This document shows, one piece after another, positions 12,662 to 25,140 of a stretch of DNA of 64,000 nt. The position numbers and the translations under genes are program-made. Source of the DNA: Rebecca billardiae RCC1528 (lineage: Eukaryota; Protista; Haptophyta); assembly GCA_965240325.2 (NCBI GenBank), contig OZ251229.1:1984001-2048000 (forward strand), given 5' to 3'. The notes beneath the pieces are model-generated. The model was not told the DNA's origin and made no database searches. It saw nothing but the letters and a program-made list of their open reading frames with translations. Within the stretch, counting starts at the first letter, position 1; each line of letters opens with the position of its first letter.

Positions 12662-12896
12662 CGCGCTAGCAAGGGCTGGTGGAGCTACGACCGCCCGCCG
12701 CCGCCGTTGAGGTACCGTGTTGTAAGGGTGGGCGCTAAAGGTTTCCGCGGCCTGCTTCCGGGTAGATTCCATTCCTGCCTCATCAAGTAGCCCAGCTCGT
12801 AGGAGTCGCGGTCGGCACTCGGCAGCCGAGGCCTGCCACGACGGCAAATCGACGAGCTCGTGGTGACTCGGCCTTTCCGCGGCGGCATCTCGCGCC

Positions 12897-14474
12897 ATGC
12901 GGCGAGGGCTCGCGACGACCCTGATCGCCAGTGTGTGCCTCGTAACCCGCGGCCTGGGCTATCCCATCGACGCCCCGTCCCGAGCGTCGCCTGCGCGTTG
13001 GCGCTTGCCCCGACTCTGGCGGCGGACAGCGCCGCTGATGCTGGCCGACTTGGCGGATGACGGGCGGCGCAACGCGGCCGCGCTGCCGGGCACGATGCCG
13101 GCTTCGGCGGGGTCGAGCGTGACGCCGATCATGCCCGCCGATGCCAAGCCCTCCTGCCACGAGGCGCTCGCCCTCCCGCGCCTCTCGCTCGCCCTCCGAA
13201 GCCTCGTGCGCGCTCTGGCGGCGGCGGCCGGGTACGGGACCTGGGTGTGGGCGCGCGCGCGCCGCACTCATGGCGTCACGCTGTACGCGGCGACGTGCGC
13301 GATCATCCTCACGGTGAATGGCATCGTCACCCGCATCTCGCGGCTGATCGCGCGGCACTCGAAGCTCGTCGAGCCGCAGCGGCTCGCGACGCGCGACTCC
13401 CGGTTTGCGGTGCTGGACGCGCTCACCGTGCATTACGTCGAGCGCACGCCGACCGTGCTGCCCGCGCAGGGGCTCTCCGCGCTCGTGCACATGAACCACG
13501 GGTTCGGCGCGAGCTGCCTCTCGTGGCTCGACGTGCTCTCGCCGCTCGCCAACGGCCTCAGCGCCGTCGCGCTCGCCCACGACCGCACGGGCTTCGGCCT
13601 CACCGACCGGCCGCCGGACCTGTCCGCCTATGCCTACGACGCCAACCGTGAGATGGCGCGCGGGCTGCTGGCGACGGTCTCGGCGATGCGCGCGTGCGAG
13701 GGCGCGCCGCACCTGCTGATCGGCCACTCGATGGGCGCGTACCTCTCCGTGCTCCAGGCGGTCGAGCACCCGGCGCGCGTGCGCGGCCTTGTCCTCGTCG
13801 CACCGGCGCTCTCGCCGCGGCGCGACGAGACGGGCATCCGGCTGCCGCGGCCGGGCGTGGCGGGCAAGGGCGCGAGCGGTCTTGGCGCTGTGCAGGGCGC
13901 GTCCTCCGCCGCGCACGCCGCCGCGAAGCGCGCGGGCGTCGTGCTCACGCTCGTCCGCTTCGCGATCAGATCTGCGCTCACCGCGCCGCTCACCGTCCTG
14001 CTCGCGCCGCTGCTGCGCACCGCCGTGTACTCACGGGCCTTCTGGGCCAAGGGCCTGAGCGCGGCGTGGTTTGATCGCTCGCGGCTCACAGAGGCGACTC
14101 TCGACCGCTACCGCCGGCCGTCGCTCGCCCGGCGCTGGGACGACGGCCTCATCCGCTTCGTGCAGGCGGTGCAGGCCACGTCGGGCGAGTCCGCCTACCG
14201 ATCGGGCCGCGGCGCGCTCGACGCGCTCCTCGACGCGCAGGTGCCCGTGCTGATCGTGCACGGCGTGCAGGACCGGGTCGTGCCGATCACGAACTCGCGC
14301 GCGCTCCGCACCGCCCTCGGCGCGCGGTGCACGCTCGTCGAGCTCGACGGCTGCGGCCACGTGCCGCACGAGGAGTGCCCCGAGCGCTTCCTCGAGGCGG
14401 CGCTGCCGTGGCTGCGCGACCGGGTGGGGCAACACTACGCGGCGTCGACGACCGCCCCTAACGTGCGCAGGTAA
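12897..14474 (+). CDS. Alpha/beta-hydrolase fold protein with N-terminal signal/transit-like leader
   Basis: HGFG oxyanion loop, DRTGFGLT, GHSMG nucleophile elbow, HGVQDRVVP acid residue, CGHVPHEE catalytic His. Confidence 0.9.
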   Translation: MRRGLATTLIASVCLVTRGLGYPIDAPSRASPARWRLPRLWRRTAPLMLADLADDGRRNAAALPGTMPASAGSSVTPIMPADAKPSCHEALALPRLSLALRSLVRALAAAAGYGTWVWARARRTHGVTLYAATCAIILTVNGIVTRISRLIARHSKLVEPQRLATRDSRFAVLDALTVHYVERTPTVLPAQGLSALVHMNHGFGASCLSWLDVLSPLANGLSAVALAHDRTGFGLTDRPPDLSAYAYDANREMARGLLATVSAMRACEGAPHLLIGHSMGAYLSVLQAVEHPARVRGLVLVAPALSPRRDETGIRLPRPGVAGKGASGLGAVQGASSAAHAAAKRAGVVLTLVRFAIRSALTAPLTVLLAPLLRTAVYSRAFWAKGLSAAWFDRSRLTEATLDRYRRPSLARRWDDGLIRFVQAVQATSGESAYRSGRGALDALLDAQVPVLIVHGVQDRVVPITNSRALRTALGARCTLVELDGCGHVPHEECPERFLEAALPWLRDRVGQHYAASTTAPNVRR

Positions 14475-14772
14475 CATGCGCTCGTGTCGGTCGGTCGACG
14501 GACTGGCGAGGCCCGAACGTGATTTACGGCGGGGCCAGGCAACGGCCGCCGCATGGACGGCCAGACTCAACGAGGCCGTTTAGAGGGCTCCGTTCACGTA
14601 GAGTGTCGCGCAGCTTGGGTGCCCCCGTGATCTCGCCAGGTGGGACCCGGCCTGAGCGTCCACGAACCCCAGGGTCACATGTGTACGGTTGTACGCCATG
14701 CGCGCGCGCGGCGGCAGCCCGATGGAACTCCGATGGAACTAGCCGCGCACGTGATGAGCAAAGTGAAAGAAA

Positions 14773-14845
14773 TATCCGAGAATGGGATCGAACCATTGAT
14801 CTCCTGCGTGTAAAGCAGGCGCCTTGACCGCTTGGCCACTCGGAC
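14773..14845 (-). tRNA. tRNA-Val (anticodon TAC)
   Basis: Cloverleaf on the minus strand: acceptor GTCCGAG/CTCGGAT, D-arm GCC..GGC, anticodon stem CCTGC/GCAGG with loop TTTACAC, T-arm AATGG-TTCGATC-CCATT; followed by a T-rich tract. Confidence 0.95.
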
Positions 14846-15028
14846 CGGACCAAAACACCGGACCCTGTCCACGAATTCCGACAATACTTGAACACACAAA
14901 TCTGTGATTGAATGCGCGGATCTGCCAACGCGTTGCGCGTGCACGGTTCGGCGGCCGATATCGCTGAAACGGCCCGACGCGCTCCGACCTCACTCTCTGC
15001 CCGTCCACGCGCGACGACTCCCCCGAGA

Positions 15029-16253
15029 ATGCCGCCCATGACACCCAGCCCACCCTCGGCACTGGCGCGTTCGAATCGCGAGAACATGGTGCCTGACATT
15101 GACGACATGCTCTCTCCCAAGCTACCACGCGTCGACTTCTCTGCGGGCACCCCCGTCGAACCCTCGCCGGCGCCGCCGGCACCAAAGGTCACAACGGACG
15201 AGGGTGCGCGGCGCGCGAGCGCGAGCACGTCCGCGTGCCGTGCGCCACCGCATGCGTCTCTCTGACACCACGCTATTATCCCACATGCGCTGTGTGCACT
15301 CCGCAGTCGTTCGCGTGCTCTCGTGGCGCTCCTCGGCCTCGATGCCCGTCTTCTTCTGCGGCAACGTGCTCTTCCTCGGCGCGGCGTCGTGGAGCGCGAC
15401 CGGCCTGCTCTCCTTCCTCGCCAAGGTGCTCGTCGTCCAGATTGCGTGGGGCTTCACGCAGCGGCACGTCTTTGGCAGACCCGCGCCGCCCATGACGCTC
15501 ACCGCGGACGACATCGCCGAGTACGCGCGCCGGCTCGAGGCGTCTGCGAATGGCGCGCTGCGGCTGTACGAGCGCGTGTGCCTCGCAGCCGACCTCCGCA
15601 TCGCCGTGCTGACGGTGATGTCCGTGTACGCGTTCACGCTCGCGTCATCGTTCGTGAGCGTCGGTACGATGGCGTACACTGGCTTCCTCGCGGCCTTCGG
15701 GGCGGCTCCCGCGTACGGGTTGGTGCAGACGCACGTCGAGCAGGTGCGCGCGTGCGCATCCCCGAGCGCGTGGGAGTGCCTTCCGCCCGTTGCGCGGAGA
15801 CGGCGACGAGGCGCGCATGCGCTTGATCTCACACTCGCGTGCCGCCCCATGCCTCGCTACATCACACCCGCGCACACACACCTCGCCATCGGCCCCGTGG
15901 GGGCTCAGGCATGCGCCATGGCCGCGCGTGAGTGCGAGCGCGTCATCGCAGCGCTCACGTTCAAGCACGTGCTCGGCATGACCGCCGGAGCCTTCTTCGC
16001 GTGGCTCGGCGCCGGGCTGTGGACCAAGTTCGTCGTGATGCTCACCGTTCCGATGGTACTCAAGCTCTACCGCGACGCGAACCGCGACGAGGTGTCGGAG
16101 TCGCTCGAGCGCATGGGCAAGCACGTGCCGCGCCGGCTGAGCCTGGGCGCAAACGTTGTTGGGCGTATGGCGGTGGAAGGCGCGCGCATGGCCATGGACA
16201 GCGGACTCGACTTCTTCTCGCCCGCCAAGGGCGCCAAGCACAAGTACATGTGA
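15029..16253 (+). CDS. Reticulon-family ER membrane protein (introns 15204-15306, 15744-15908)
   Basis: VLSWR start of the RHD, two long hydrophobic hairpins, MAYTGFLAAFGAAPAY...QTHVE signature, extra C-terminal hydrophobic segment. Confidence 0.7.
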
Positions 16254-16766
16254 CGAAGCCGATCCGAGAGCAATAGGCCGCAGCATTGCCGACGCCGAGG
16301 CGCACGACGTCGACTGCGAGGAGGCGCCGATCCCCGCGAAGGCAGACTGAAGATATCTTCGGACTACTACGCCGTCGGAGCGCGGTCAATCAATATTCGA
16401 TGACGACATTGTCCATCGTCAGCTGCTGATTGCGCGACAATCACGTGAGTGATGTCTGCGGCGGTGCTGCTGACTGATGTGACTCCGTAGTGGCTGACTG
16501 CTCCGGCCAGTCCGCGGGTACCGGTACGGAGTGCGGAGAGTACCGTGGTACGCCCGCAGCGGGCGGGGAGTCGGGTCTCGGCGGACGGTGACTGACGACG
16601 GGAGTGGGACGACTGCCTCACGCCGATCGACGACGACGTGCAGCTGCCCATCAGAGCGGGTAATAGATCTGCTAGACTGAGTGGCGACGCGGCGGTTCAG
16701 GTAGTACCCGGTTCAGCGGGACGACTCCGCAAGTCTGACCAAGCGGGGCTTACAAACTATACCTAA

Positions 16767-17133
16767 CTGGGGGCGAAAGCGCTGCAGTGAGGAGCCCTGT
16801 CGTCCGCGCCGTCACCGGGCGGCCGTCGGATGCGAGGCTCCTCAAACTGAAAGTGTCGTCCGCAGGGAGCTCGTTACCTCCGTATGAAAAAAAGACCGGA
16901 CGAATGCCTTGAAGTTGAAAGAATGACGAGATGGCTTGACAGAGTACCCGCCCGTGAGAGTACCCGCTTTACCTCGTATGAAAAAAAGACCGGAATGCCT
17001 TGAAAGAATTACGAGATGGCTGGACAGATTACCCGCTTTCCCGGATTCAAACTTCCCCCACAGTGTTTTCCACTGACCGGACACTGTCCGTCTGGCAGGA
17101 GCCTCGCATCCGACGGCTGTGTTTCGCCCCCAG
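16767..17133. mobile_element. MITE-like element with ~37-bp TIRs and an internal ~90-bp tandem duplication
   Basis: Left CTGGGGGCGAAA[~45-bp insertion]GCCGTCGGATGCGAGGCTCCT; right AGGAGCCTCGCATCCGACGGCTGTGTTTCGCCCCCAG. AT-rich interior duplicated at 16873-17038. TSD unclear. Confidence 0.65.
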
Positions 17134-17699
17134 GTCTGACCAGGTCAAGCTGTCGTCGTCAAGAGTAAGTAAGTAACTACAGTAAGATCGACCAAGTGAT
17201 GGCAATTACAGTATATGAGTAGGCAATCGTGAATCGCGCGGGCGGCAATCATTAATAGTCATTACGTAGTTAGTCAGAGATCTGCCGCGCGGCTAAAGTC
17301 TGCTCGGTCGTTTCTTACTGCTCTTAGCCGTTCGGTAGCCCGAGCGCCCACGGAGTCTCAGTTTCTTAGGTCCGCCCGCCTCGCAGGCGCGGGGGGCACA
17401 GGGACCGTGCAGAGCCCTCCGCTTCGGAGTCTTTAGGCTGACCGGCCGGCGAGGCCGAAGCCTTTGCGGGAGCAATATTATTTGGGCACTTTTGGAGCAA
17501 ATCTGGCATTATGGTGCATATGATGCAGGCGCCGCACTGTGCCAGTGACAGTCAGAAGGCGAAGCGCGCGCTGCTGTCGTACGTGACTTGATGGAGTCCA
17601 GGCTAGGTGCGCGCCGCACCGTGCGCCGCCCGAGCGGCTGGGCCCTGGCCGGCCGCCGGCCGCCGGCGAGGACGTAGTCTCTGTATCTCGGTTCCTTAT

Positions 17700-18444
17700 T
17701 ATTGGGTAAACGCGAGCTCCGAGCGTCTCGAGCCCTGCTGCTAAAAGCTCACCGGCACGTCCTCGGGCGCGTCGTCGGTGGCGCCCACGAAGGCAATCTC
17801 GACTCTCGCTCCTCAGACGAGCGAAGGTAATCCTCCTGCCGCAACCAACTTTCGGTTGCGCAGGGTGACACGGCGTTTTGCGGCCCGGCTCGGGAATCTT
17901 GTAACCTTCCTGAGCCCCGCTTCCGTGCGTCCGCCAATCGCAGGCGTTACCGACGCACCGCCGTAAGCTTACTTTTCCCCCACGTATGCGGTATTGGCAA
18001 TAGACGTGGTTAACGTTGATGATCGTGAGTAACCCACACCCGGAAACGTGTTTGCGGGTGCACGTTGTCCGGACGTCCTGGACATCCGCGTGAATGAAAC
18101 GCTCGGGGCACAATTTCGTTTCTTGGACCCGAACGATGGCGCCCGCCTGTGTCTCCGGCGTGCCATCGTACCGCGCTGCGCCGGGCCGTACCGCCCGCGC
18201 ACGCGCCGCGCCCGTGTCGCCCCGCGTCCGCACTGCTGCGTCCGCGCTCCGCGTCCACGTCGCTCCGCGCCAGCGCTGCTGCGCTCGCGCTCCTGCCGCC
18301 GCGCGCGCCGCGCGCGCGCGCCGCCAGAGCCAGCCACTGCTCCGTAGCTGATGCCGCCGGCCCGCCTGGTGCGGCGCCGGCCCTGACGTCCCAGCGGCGA
18401 CGCCATCTGCTGAGATGCGCGCCCCAGGCTGCGTCAGCTCAACA
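17700..18444 (-). repeat. 3' LTR (745 bp)
   Basis: TGTTGAG...CCAATA on the minus strand; matches 24399-25140 with 3 substitutions and one 3-bp indel seen by eye. Confidence 0.96.
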
Positions 18445-18480
18445 CCCCCCCTCGACAGCCATAGCCGCGAGCTGCGCCGC

Positions 18481-21400
18481 TTACCGCGCGCGCGTCGGGT
18501 GTCGGTCCACCATGATGGCGTCGACGTGCCGCTTGAACGTCGCACCGTCCGTCGCCTTCGTCATGATGTCAGAGTGGTTGAGTGAGGTGTGTACCTTGAC
18601 CACCTTCACCTTGCCGCCCTCCTGCGCGTCACGCACATAGTGATGCTTGACCTCGATGTGCTTCGAGCGCTTATGGTGCACAGGATTCTCCACGAGGTCG
18701 ATAGCCCCCTTGTTGTCCTCTCGCACCTCCGTCGCGGCCCGCGGCGGCTGCCGCATGGACTCGAGTATGCTCCGCAAGTAGCTCACCTCGCGGCAGCAAT
18801 CGCTCAGCGCGACGTACTCCGCCTCCGTCGAGCTCAGCGAGACTGTACCTTGCAGCCCGCTGTGCCACGACACCGGCGCCCCATTGTAGAACACAATGTA
18901 TCCACCCGTCGACCTGCCCTTGGTCTCCACCGGATTGCTTGCCCAATCGGAGTCAGCGAAAGCAAGTAGGTCGGGGTGCTCGGAATCTGTCGCAAACTTG
19001 AACAAGATTCCCAATCGCGGGCATCCACGTAAGTAGCGCAGCACGCGCTTCGCACTTACCAGATCCACCGCCCGCGGACATGACATGCGTCGCGCCAGCA
19101 TGTTCACCGCGTGCGCGATGTCCGGCCGCGCCGTGACCATCGCAAACATGAGACATCCCACCATCGCCTGGTAGTTCTCAATCTCCGCGCGCTGCAGCAA
19201 CGCCTCGTCGTCGTCGCTCAGCTGCGCCCGCGCCGCCGGCTCCGGCGTGCGCGCCGGCGTGCTCGCGTTCAAACCGAACCGCTGAAGCACGCTCTCGACG
19301 TACGGCCCCAGATGCATCAGGATGCCGTCGTCATGAACTTCAAACACGGCGCCCAGGAACTTATCGAGCCGCTCACTCAGCTTGATCTCGTAGTGCTCCT
19401 TCAGGTCAGCCGCCAGCTTCTCCACCGCGCGCGCGTCGCGCGTCAGGTTGAGAAACAGCAAGTCGTCGACAAAGCCGCCCGCGATGATGAACTCGCCCGG
19501 CGCCGACTCCTTGACGTAGACGCACGGCGCACTCGGACACTCCGAGAAGCCGCGCGCGAGCAGCTGGGTGCGGTGCGTGCGATGCCACGCCCAGACTGGC
19601 GTAGGCCCTGATACGCCTTGAGGCTCAGGCCCACGACTTTGTACCCCGGCGGCGCCTGCGTGCTCGGCACGTAGCCCGGCGGGAATGAGAAGAGAGGCCG
19701 CTCATCCGGCTTCAACTCCGAGTTGAGGTACGCGTCCTTGACGTCGCCCTTCGACAGTATGCCCAGCGCCGCAACCGACGCTGCACCCAAGTCGACTCTC
19801 GCGCCAGCCTGCTGAGCGGCGATCGCCACGAGTAGTCGCACTTGTTCCGGCCGGATCGTCGGAGCAAAGACCTCCTGAAAGTCGATCCCCGGCCGCTGTA
19901 GGTTCCCCAGTAGCACCGACCGCGCCTTGAAGCGCGTCACCTCGCCCTCCGGGTTCGACTTCACGTCAAAGACCCACTGGCTCGGCAACACCCGCGTGCC
20001 CTCCGGAACCACCACCTCCCCCGAGGTGCCGAGCAACTTGTGACCTTCCAAGTGCTCGAGCATGGCGCCCTGCCACTGGGGCGCCTCCGCCGACCGCATC
20101 GCCTCGCGATAGTTCGTCGGCACCTTCACGTTGATCTTCTGGAACACCGACGCGGCGCTGACGACGGCAGTAAGCAGCTGCGGCCGTCGGCGTGACGTCC
20201 GATCCCTGCGAAGCGGATCGTGTCCCATATCCAGACCGGGCGGCGGCGCGTCCTCGATCACGCCGTCGTCACCGTCTGCGCCGCGCGGCGGCCCGCCAGC
20301 ATCTGCTGCGGCCCCGCGCCGTGATTCCGCCGGCGGTATCTGATCCTGCCGACCCGGCTGCGTCATCGACGCGCCTGCTCCGCCACGCCCGCCCTGCGGC
20401 GTCGGCGTCGACGGCTGTGCGCCCTCGCTGCTGCACCCGCGTTGTCCCGCGTCCACGCTGCTGCGCCCGCGCCCCGACGTTGACGCATCTGCGTCGTCGT
20501 CGTACCCGACGTCGAACTCTGTCGCGTCGTCATTCCCGGCGTCGGCTGGCGTCTCGCCGCCGTCGCCGTCCTCGTCCTCACCGTCGGCGTCACCGCCGAC
20601 TGGACGATGTCCGCCGCTTACCGCGGCGTCGTCACCATCACCCACATACGCGCCACCGTCAGGTGCGCCCAGCGACGAGTGCCCCCCCTCGACCAGGTCG
20701 GTCTCGTCGATGCGTACGTCACGTGAGTGAACGAGACGTCCGTCGTCTAAACGACATACGTACCCAAGCACGTAGCGCCATGTACCGCGCCACTGCACGC
20801 AGTGCCCACCCCAGAGATAGACACGTCCGGGTAGTGCGCGCTGCTTCAGCTGCCCCAATGCATTGCGCCGTGCGCCCAGCATCAGCACGCGGCAGCGCGC
20901 GCCAAACGCCACGTGATGCTTCCACGTCGGACGTTTGCCAAAGAACAGCTCATCCGGCGTGAGCCACTCAATGTCTCCATCGTCACGAATGATACCACGT
21001 GACGCCAGTCGATTGCGCGACGCGCATGCGTGCCACGCCGCGTAGTGCCAATCGACCCTCGAGACTCCACGCGCAACGACCGTGGCGCGCAGTCTCGACT
21101 TCAGCGTGCGGATAGCGCGTTCCGCCACGCCATTCGAGCTCGGCGAGTCGGGCGCCGACGTGACCGTCGACGAGAACCCAAGCTTCGCCAGCTCACCCTC
21201 GACGTACGTACTCAGCAACGTCGAGCCACCGTCGGTGTGAATATGGCGTCGCGCCATAGTACACCCTGACGCCAGGACCCAATGCGACATGTGCATGGCC
21301 CCTGTTCCAAGCAACTGCGCGTACCAGCGGAATGCCCGACCAACCTCGGCGTCATCCAAGCTGCGTAGCGCGTACACTTGCCATCGACGTGAATGCCCAT

Positions 21401-24342
21401 CGATGAATATGATCCCATGAGGATACCCTCCACGTGCGCCATCGGCCCCAACTGGTAAGTCGATGCGCGCCATAGAGAAGATGTCGACGTGCGTCACCTG
21501 CCCAGGGTAGTGCGCCGTCGGCATCGCGTCCGCGAACGACCGCCGCGTCATGCCCGCCGCCGACTGCTCGTCGAGCGGCTCACGCCGCGCGTTCGCCCCC
21601 TCCATCCCCTCGGCCACGCGTCGCGTGCGCTCGAGTAGACGTTGGTCATTGGTGCCCGTTCGAACCGACCAAGTGCGTAACCACGCCGGATCAGCGCCTC
21701 GCGCCGCCTCCGTAGTAGTAGTGGTATCAGATACCGTAGTGGTTGTGTTTGTGGCTCGCACCTGCGCGGGTTCCGGGCTTAGGCGTTTGGGGGCGGCGCA
21801 GCGCCAACGCGCCCCTGCCCCGCGCCCACGCGCCGCACTGGCGCCCTGCGCCGTGCGCGCGCCTCCGCCGGCGCATCGCCGACGTCTGGCCCCACCTGGC
21901 GCCGTACGATCTCGGCGCGCAGCGTGGAATCGCGCGGCAGCTGCACGACGCCGCCTCCCAGCGCCGTAAAGTCCGCAGTGTTGCCGCGCTGCGAGTAGTG
22001 GAACTCGATGCCTGCGTCCGCGCAGTGCTCGACCGACAGCAGCGGCGCCGTGACGCGCCGCGACGCCCACGCCTCGATCTCAAGCGTGAGGACCTTGTCG
22101 CTGTCGTCGTCTGCCGCAAGCTTGACCACCAGGGTCCCGCGGTGAGTGACCCGCTCCCGCGCACCGTTCCCCCACTCGATCTGACATGCGCCGTCCACCG
22201 GGGTAAGATTCGTCAAATCCTCGGCCATGGCGATGTTCTTCCGTGCGCCAGTGTCAAACACCAACGCCCGCGTGTTGTCCTCCGGCGGCGCCACGCGTGC
22301 CTCGGCCGCCCGCGCCGCGACGATCTCGATGTCCTCGTCGCGCTGCGCCCTGCCGCCGATAGCCGCGCCAATAGGCGCCAAGCCGAGTCCGGCGCCGGCG
22401 CCGCCGCCATCTCCGGCGTCAGCGTCACCGTCGCCACCAACGGCGCCGTCGGGCTCGTCCCCCTGCTCTGGAGCGAACGCGACCTGCGTGCGGACCGTGC
22501 CGCCGCCGTTGCCATTACCGACCACGGCGCGGGTGCTGCCCCCGCCACCGCCGCCGCCACCGCCACCGCCGCTCCGATGTGAGCCACGGCTGCGATCCGA
22601 CCGCGTCGACGCCGCGTCATCGCCAGCGTTCGAGTCGCGATCAGCCTGCGTCACCTGCGGGCAGTAACGCTTGATATGCCCCACGGCGCCGCACTTGTAG
22701 CAGCGCGGCCCGTGCGCGTCGTCGGAGTCGTCCTGGCCTCCGCGGCCGGCGCCGCGGCCAGTGCCGCCGCCGCCACCGCCACGACCTCCGCCGCCGCCAC
22801 CACGGCCAGCCGGCGACGTCGTGTCGCCGCCGCCGCCACCCGCCGACGCCGCCGCCGCCTGCGCCAGGCGGAGCCCGTCGATTGGGTGCGCGCGGGTAGC
22901 GCCGCCGCCTCCTGGCGTGCGGCCACCCGCCCCTGGGCGCCCAGGGCCGCCGCGGTCAACCTGCTTGCCCTTGGAGAAGTCCCAGTCCTCGAACTTGCCG
23001 TTGAGCTCGTGCACGAGCTCCTGCACGTCGAAGTTCGTCACGGTCCTGTAGTCCTTCGACTCGTACCGCGTCCGCATCTCGATGCCCGCGCCCACCGACG
23101 GAATGAACTCGATGAGCCGCGCAAGCATCTCCGCCGCTGGCGCTGCGTCACTCAGCTCCTGCAGCAGCACGTGGTTGTGCTGTAGCACCTGGAAGAGCTC
23201 GAGGGCGCCGACGCCGTCCTTGCCGCAGTCCGGCAGGACCGTCCGATGCCAGCGTGCCCGCACCGACATGTACTTCCGCATGTCATCGGGCTTGCGCATG
23301 CGCAGGATCGTCTTCCACAGGTACAGGAATTCGCGCCCCGGCGTAAGTGCGCCCCGGCGCGCGCGCTCCTCCTGCACCTCCGGCTGCGTCTCCATGAGGC
23401 GGTTGATGTGCTGCCACGCAGCCTCCGTCACCCACGACCGCAGCTCGGTGCGTAAGAAAGCCATCCCTTTCTCGTACTGCGCCCCGGCGTACTTGGCGGG
23501 GTCCGCCTCGTCGCCGTCCGGCGCTGCCTCCAACACGCTCTGTCGGAGCTTGATGTCCAGCATAGCATGCTCGCTCGCCTGCCGCTCATACATCTGTTCC
23601 TCGGTCTCGTGCTCGCGGCGGTAGAGCTCACGCGCGCGCGGATCGAGCGTCACGGCAGCGCCGCCCGCGGGCGCCGCGCCACCGATCCCGCCGGCGCCGC
23701 CCGTAGGCGCCGCGCCGACGCCGGCACCGCCCATAGGCGTCGCGCCGTCAGTCCGCCAGCCGGCGCACCTGCAGCGCCGCCTGTGCCCACACCCGGACCG
23801 GGTGTGCCGGCCGCCGGACCCGGAGAAATTCCGGATCCGCCGCCCGCCGCCGGACCTGAACCCGGTCCGGTCGCCGTCGGGCCGCCCGGAGTGGCTAAAC
23901 CACTCCCCGCGCCCGCCGAGGCAGCCTGCGCGTAGCTTGGCCCCTGCCTCGCCCCCGCCGCCGCCGCCGCGCGTTCCGCCGCGGCCCGGCGCTCGGCGTG
24001 CTCGCGGCGCTCGTGCTCGTGGCGATGGCCGAGCAGCCGCTGCTGCAGCGCGTAGTTCTCACGCGCCAGGTCCATCCGCTCGGCACTGACCTTGATCATC
24101 TTCGCAGCGGATGGGTTGAATGTCTCCCACGTCGAGTTGTACTCCTCGAGCGTGTTGATGCGGTGCTCCGCGTTCGGGCCGTGCGTCACGATGATGCCGT
24201 TCAGTGCGGACATCGTAGCACCTTGCCCCGCCGGAAGCGCCGCCAGCTTGCTCGCCGATTGCGCGAGCCAACGCTGCTGAATCCCCTTGTCGTTGAGCAT
24301 CCCAACGTCAACCGAGCCGTAGTACCGGCCGCTCGTGCTCAT
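18481..24342 (-). pseudogene. Copia gag-pol polyprotein with three frameshifts (~23745, ~21795, ~19590)
   Basis: Zn knuckle CYKCGAVGHIKRYC; protease FDTGA; integrase HVD..IDGHSR..HTDGG..SNGVAER; RT WVFDVK..RFKAR..QRPGIDFQEVFAP, GLRQSGR, FVDD; RNase H FADSDWAS..STEAEY..EDNKGAI..RSKHIEVKHH. Confidence 0.93.
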
Positions 24343-24398
24343 CGGCGCGATCGATGAGAAAGCGCCGCGCGTACGATCCCTCCCGATCGCTGCATGCA

Positions 24399-25140
24399 TA
24401 TTGGGTAAACGCGAGCTCCGAGCGTCTCGAGCCCTGCTAAAAGCTCACCGGCACGTCCTCGGGCGCGTCGTCGGTGACGCCCACGAAGGCAATCTTGACT
24501 CTCGCTCCTCAGACGAGCGAAGGTAATCCTCCTGCCGCAACCAACTTTCGGTTGCGCAGGGTGACACGGCGTTTTGCGGCCCGGCTCGGGAATCTTGTAA
24601 CCTTCCTGAGCCCCGCTTCCGTGCGTCCGCCAATCGCAGGCGTTACCGACGCACCGCCGTAAGCTTACTTTTCCCCCACGTATGCGGTATTGGCAATAGA
24701 CGTGGTTAACGTTGATGATCGTGAGTAACCCACACCCGGAAACGTGTTTACGGGTGCACGTTGTCCGGACGTCCTGGACATCCGCGTGAATGAAACGCTC
24801 GGGGCACAATTTCGTTTCTTGGACCCGAACGATGGCGCCCGCCTGTGTCTCCGGCGTGCCATCGTACCGCGCTGCGCCGGGCCGTACCGCCCGCGCACGC
24901 GCCGCGCCCGTGTCGCCCCGCGTCCGCACTGCTGCGTCCGCGCTCCGCGTCCACGTCGCTCCGCGCCAGCGCTGCTGCGCTCGCGCTCCTGCCGCCGCGC
25001 GCGCCGCGCGCGCGCGCCGCCAGAGCCAGCCACTGCTCCGTAGCTGATGCCGCCGGCCCGCCTGGTGCGGCGCCGGCCCTGACGTCCCAGCGGCGACGCC
25101 ATCTGCTGAGATGCGCGCCCCAGGCTGCGTCAGCTCAACA
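24399..25140 (-). repeat. 5' LTR (742 bp)
   Basis: Direct repeat of 17700-18444. Confidence 0.96.

Larger units (their letters stand above)
17700..25140 (-). mobile_element. Full-length Ty1/copia LTR retrotransposon
   Basis: Near-identical LTRs; TSD CTTAT (17695-17699, 25141-25145); PPT GAGGGGGG(G) next to the 3' LTR; domain order gag-PR-INT-RT-RH. Confidence 0.97.
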
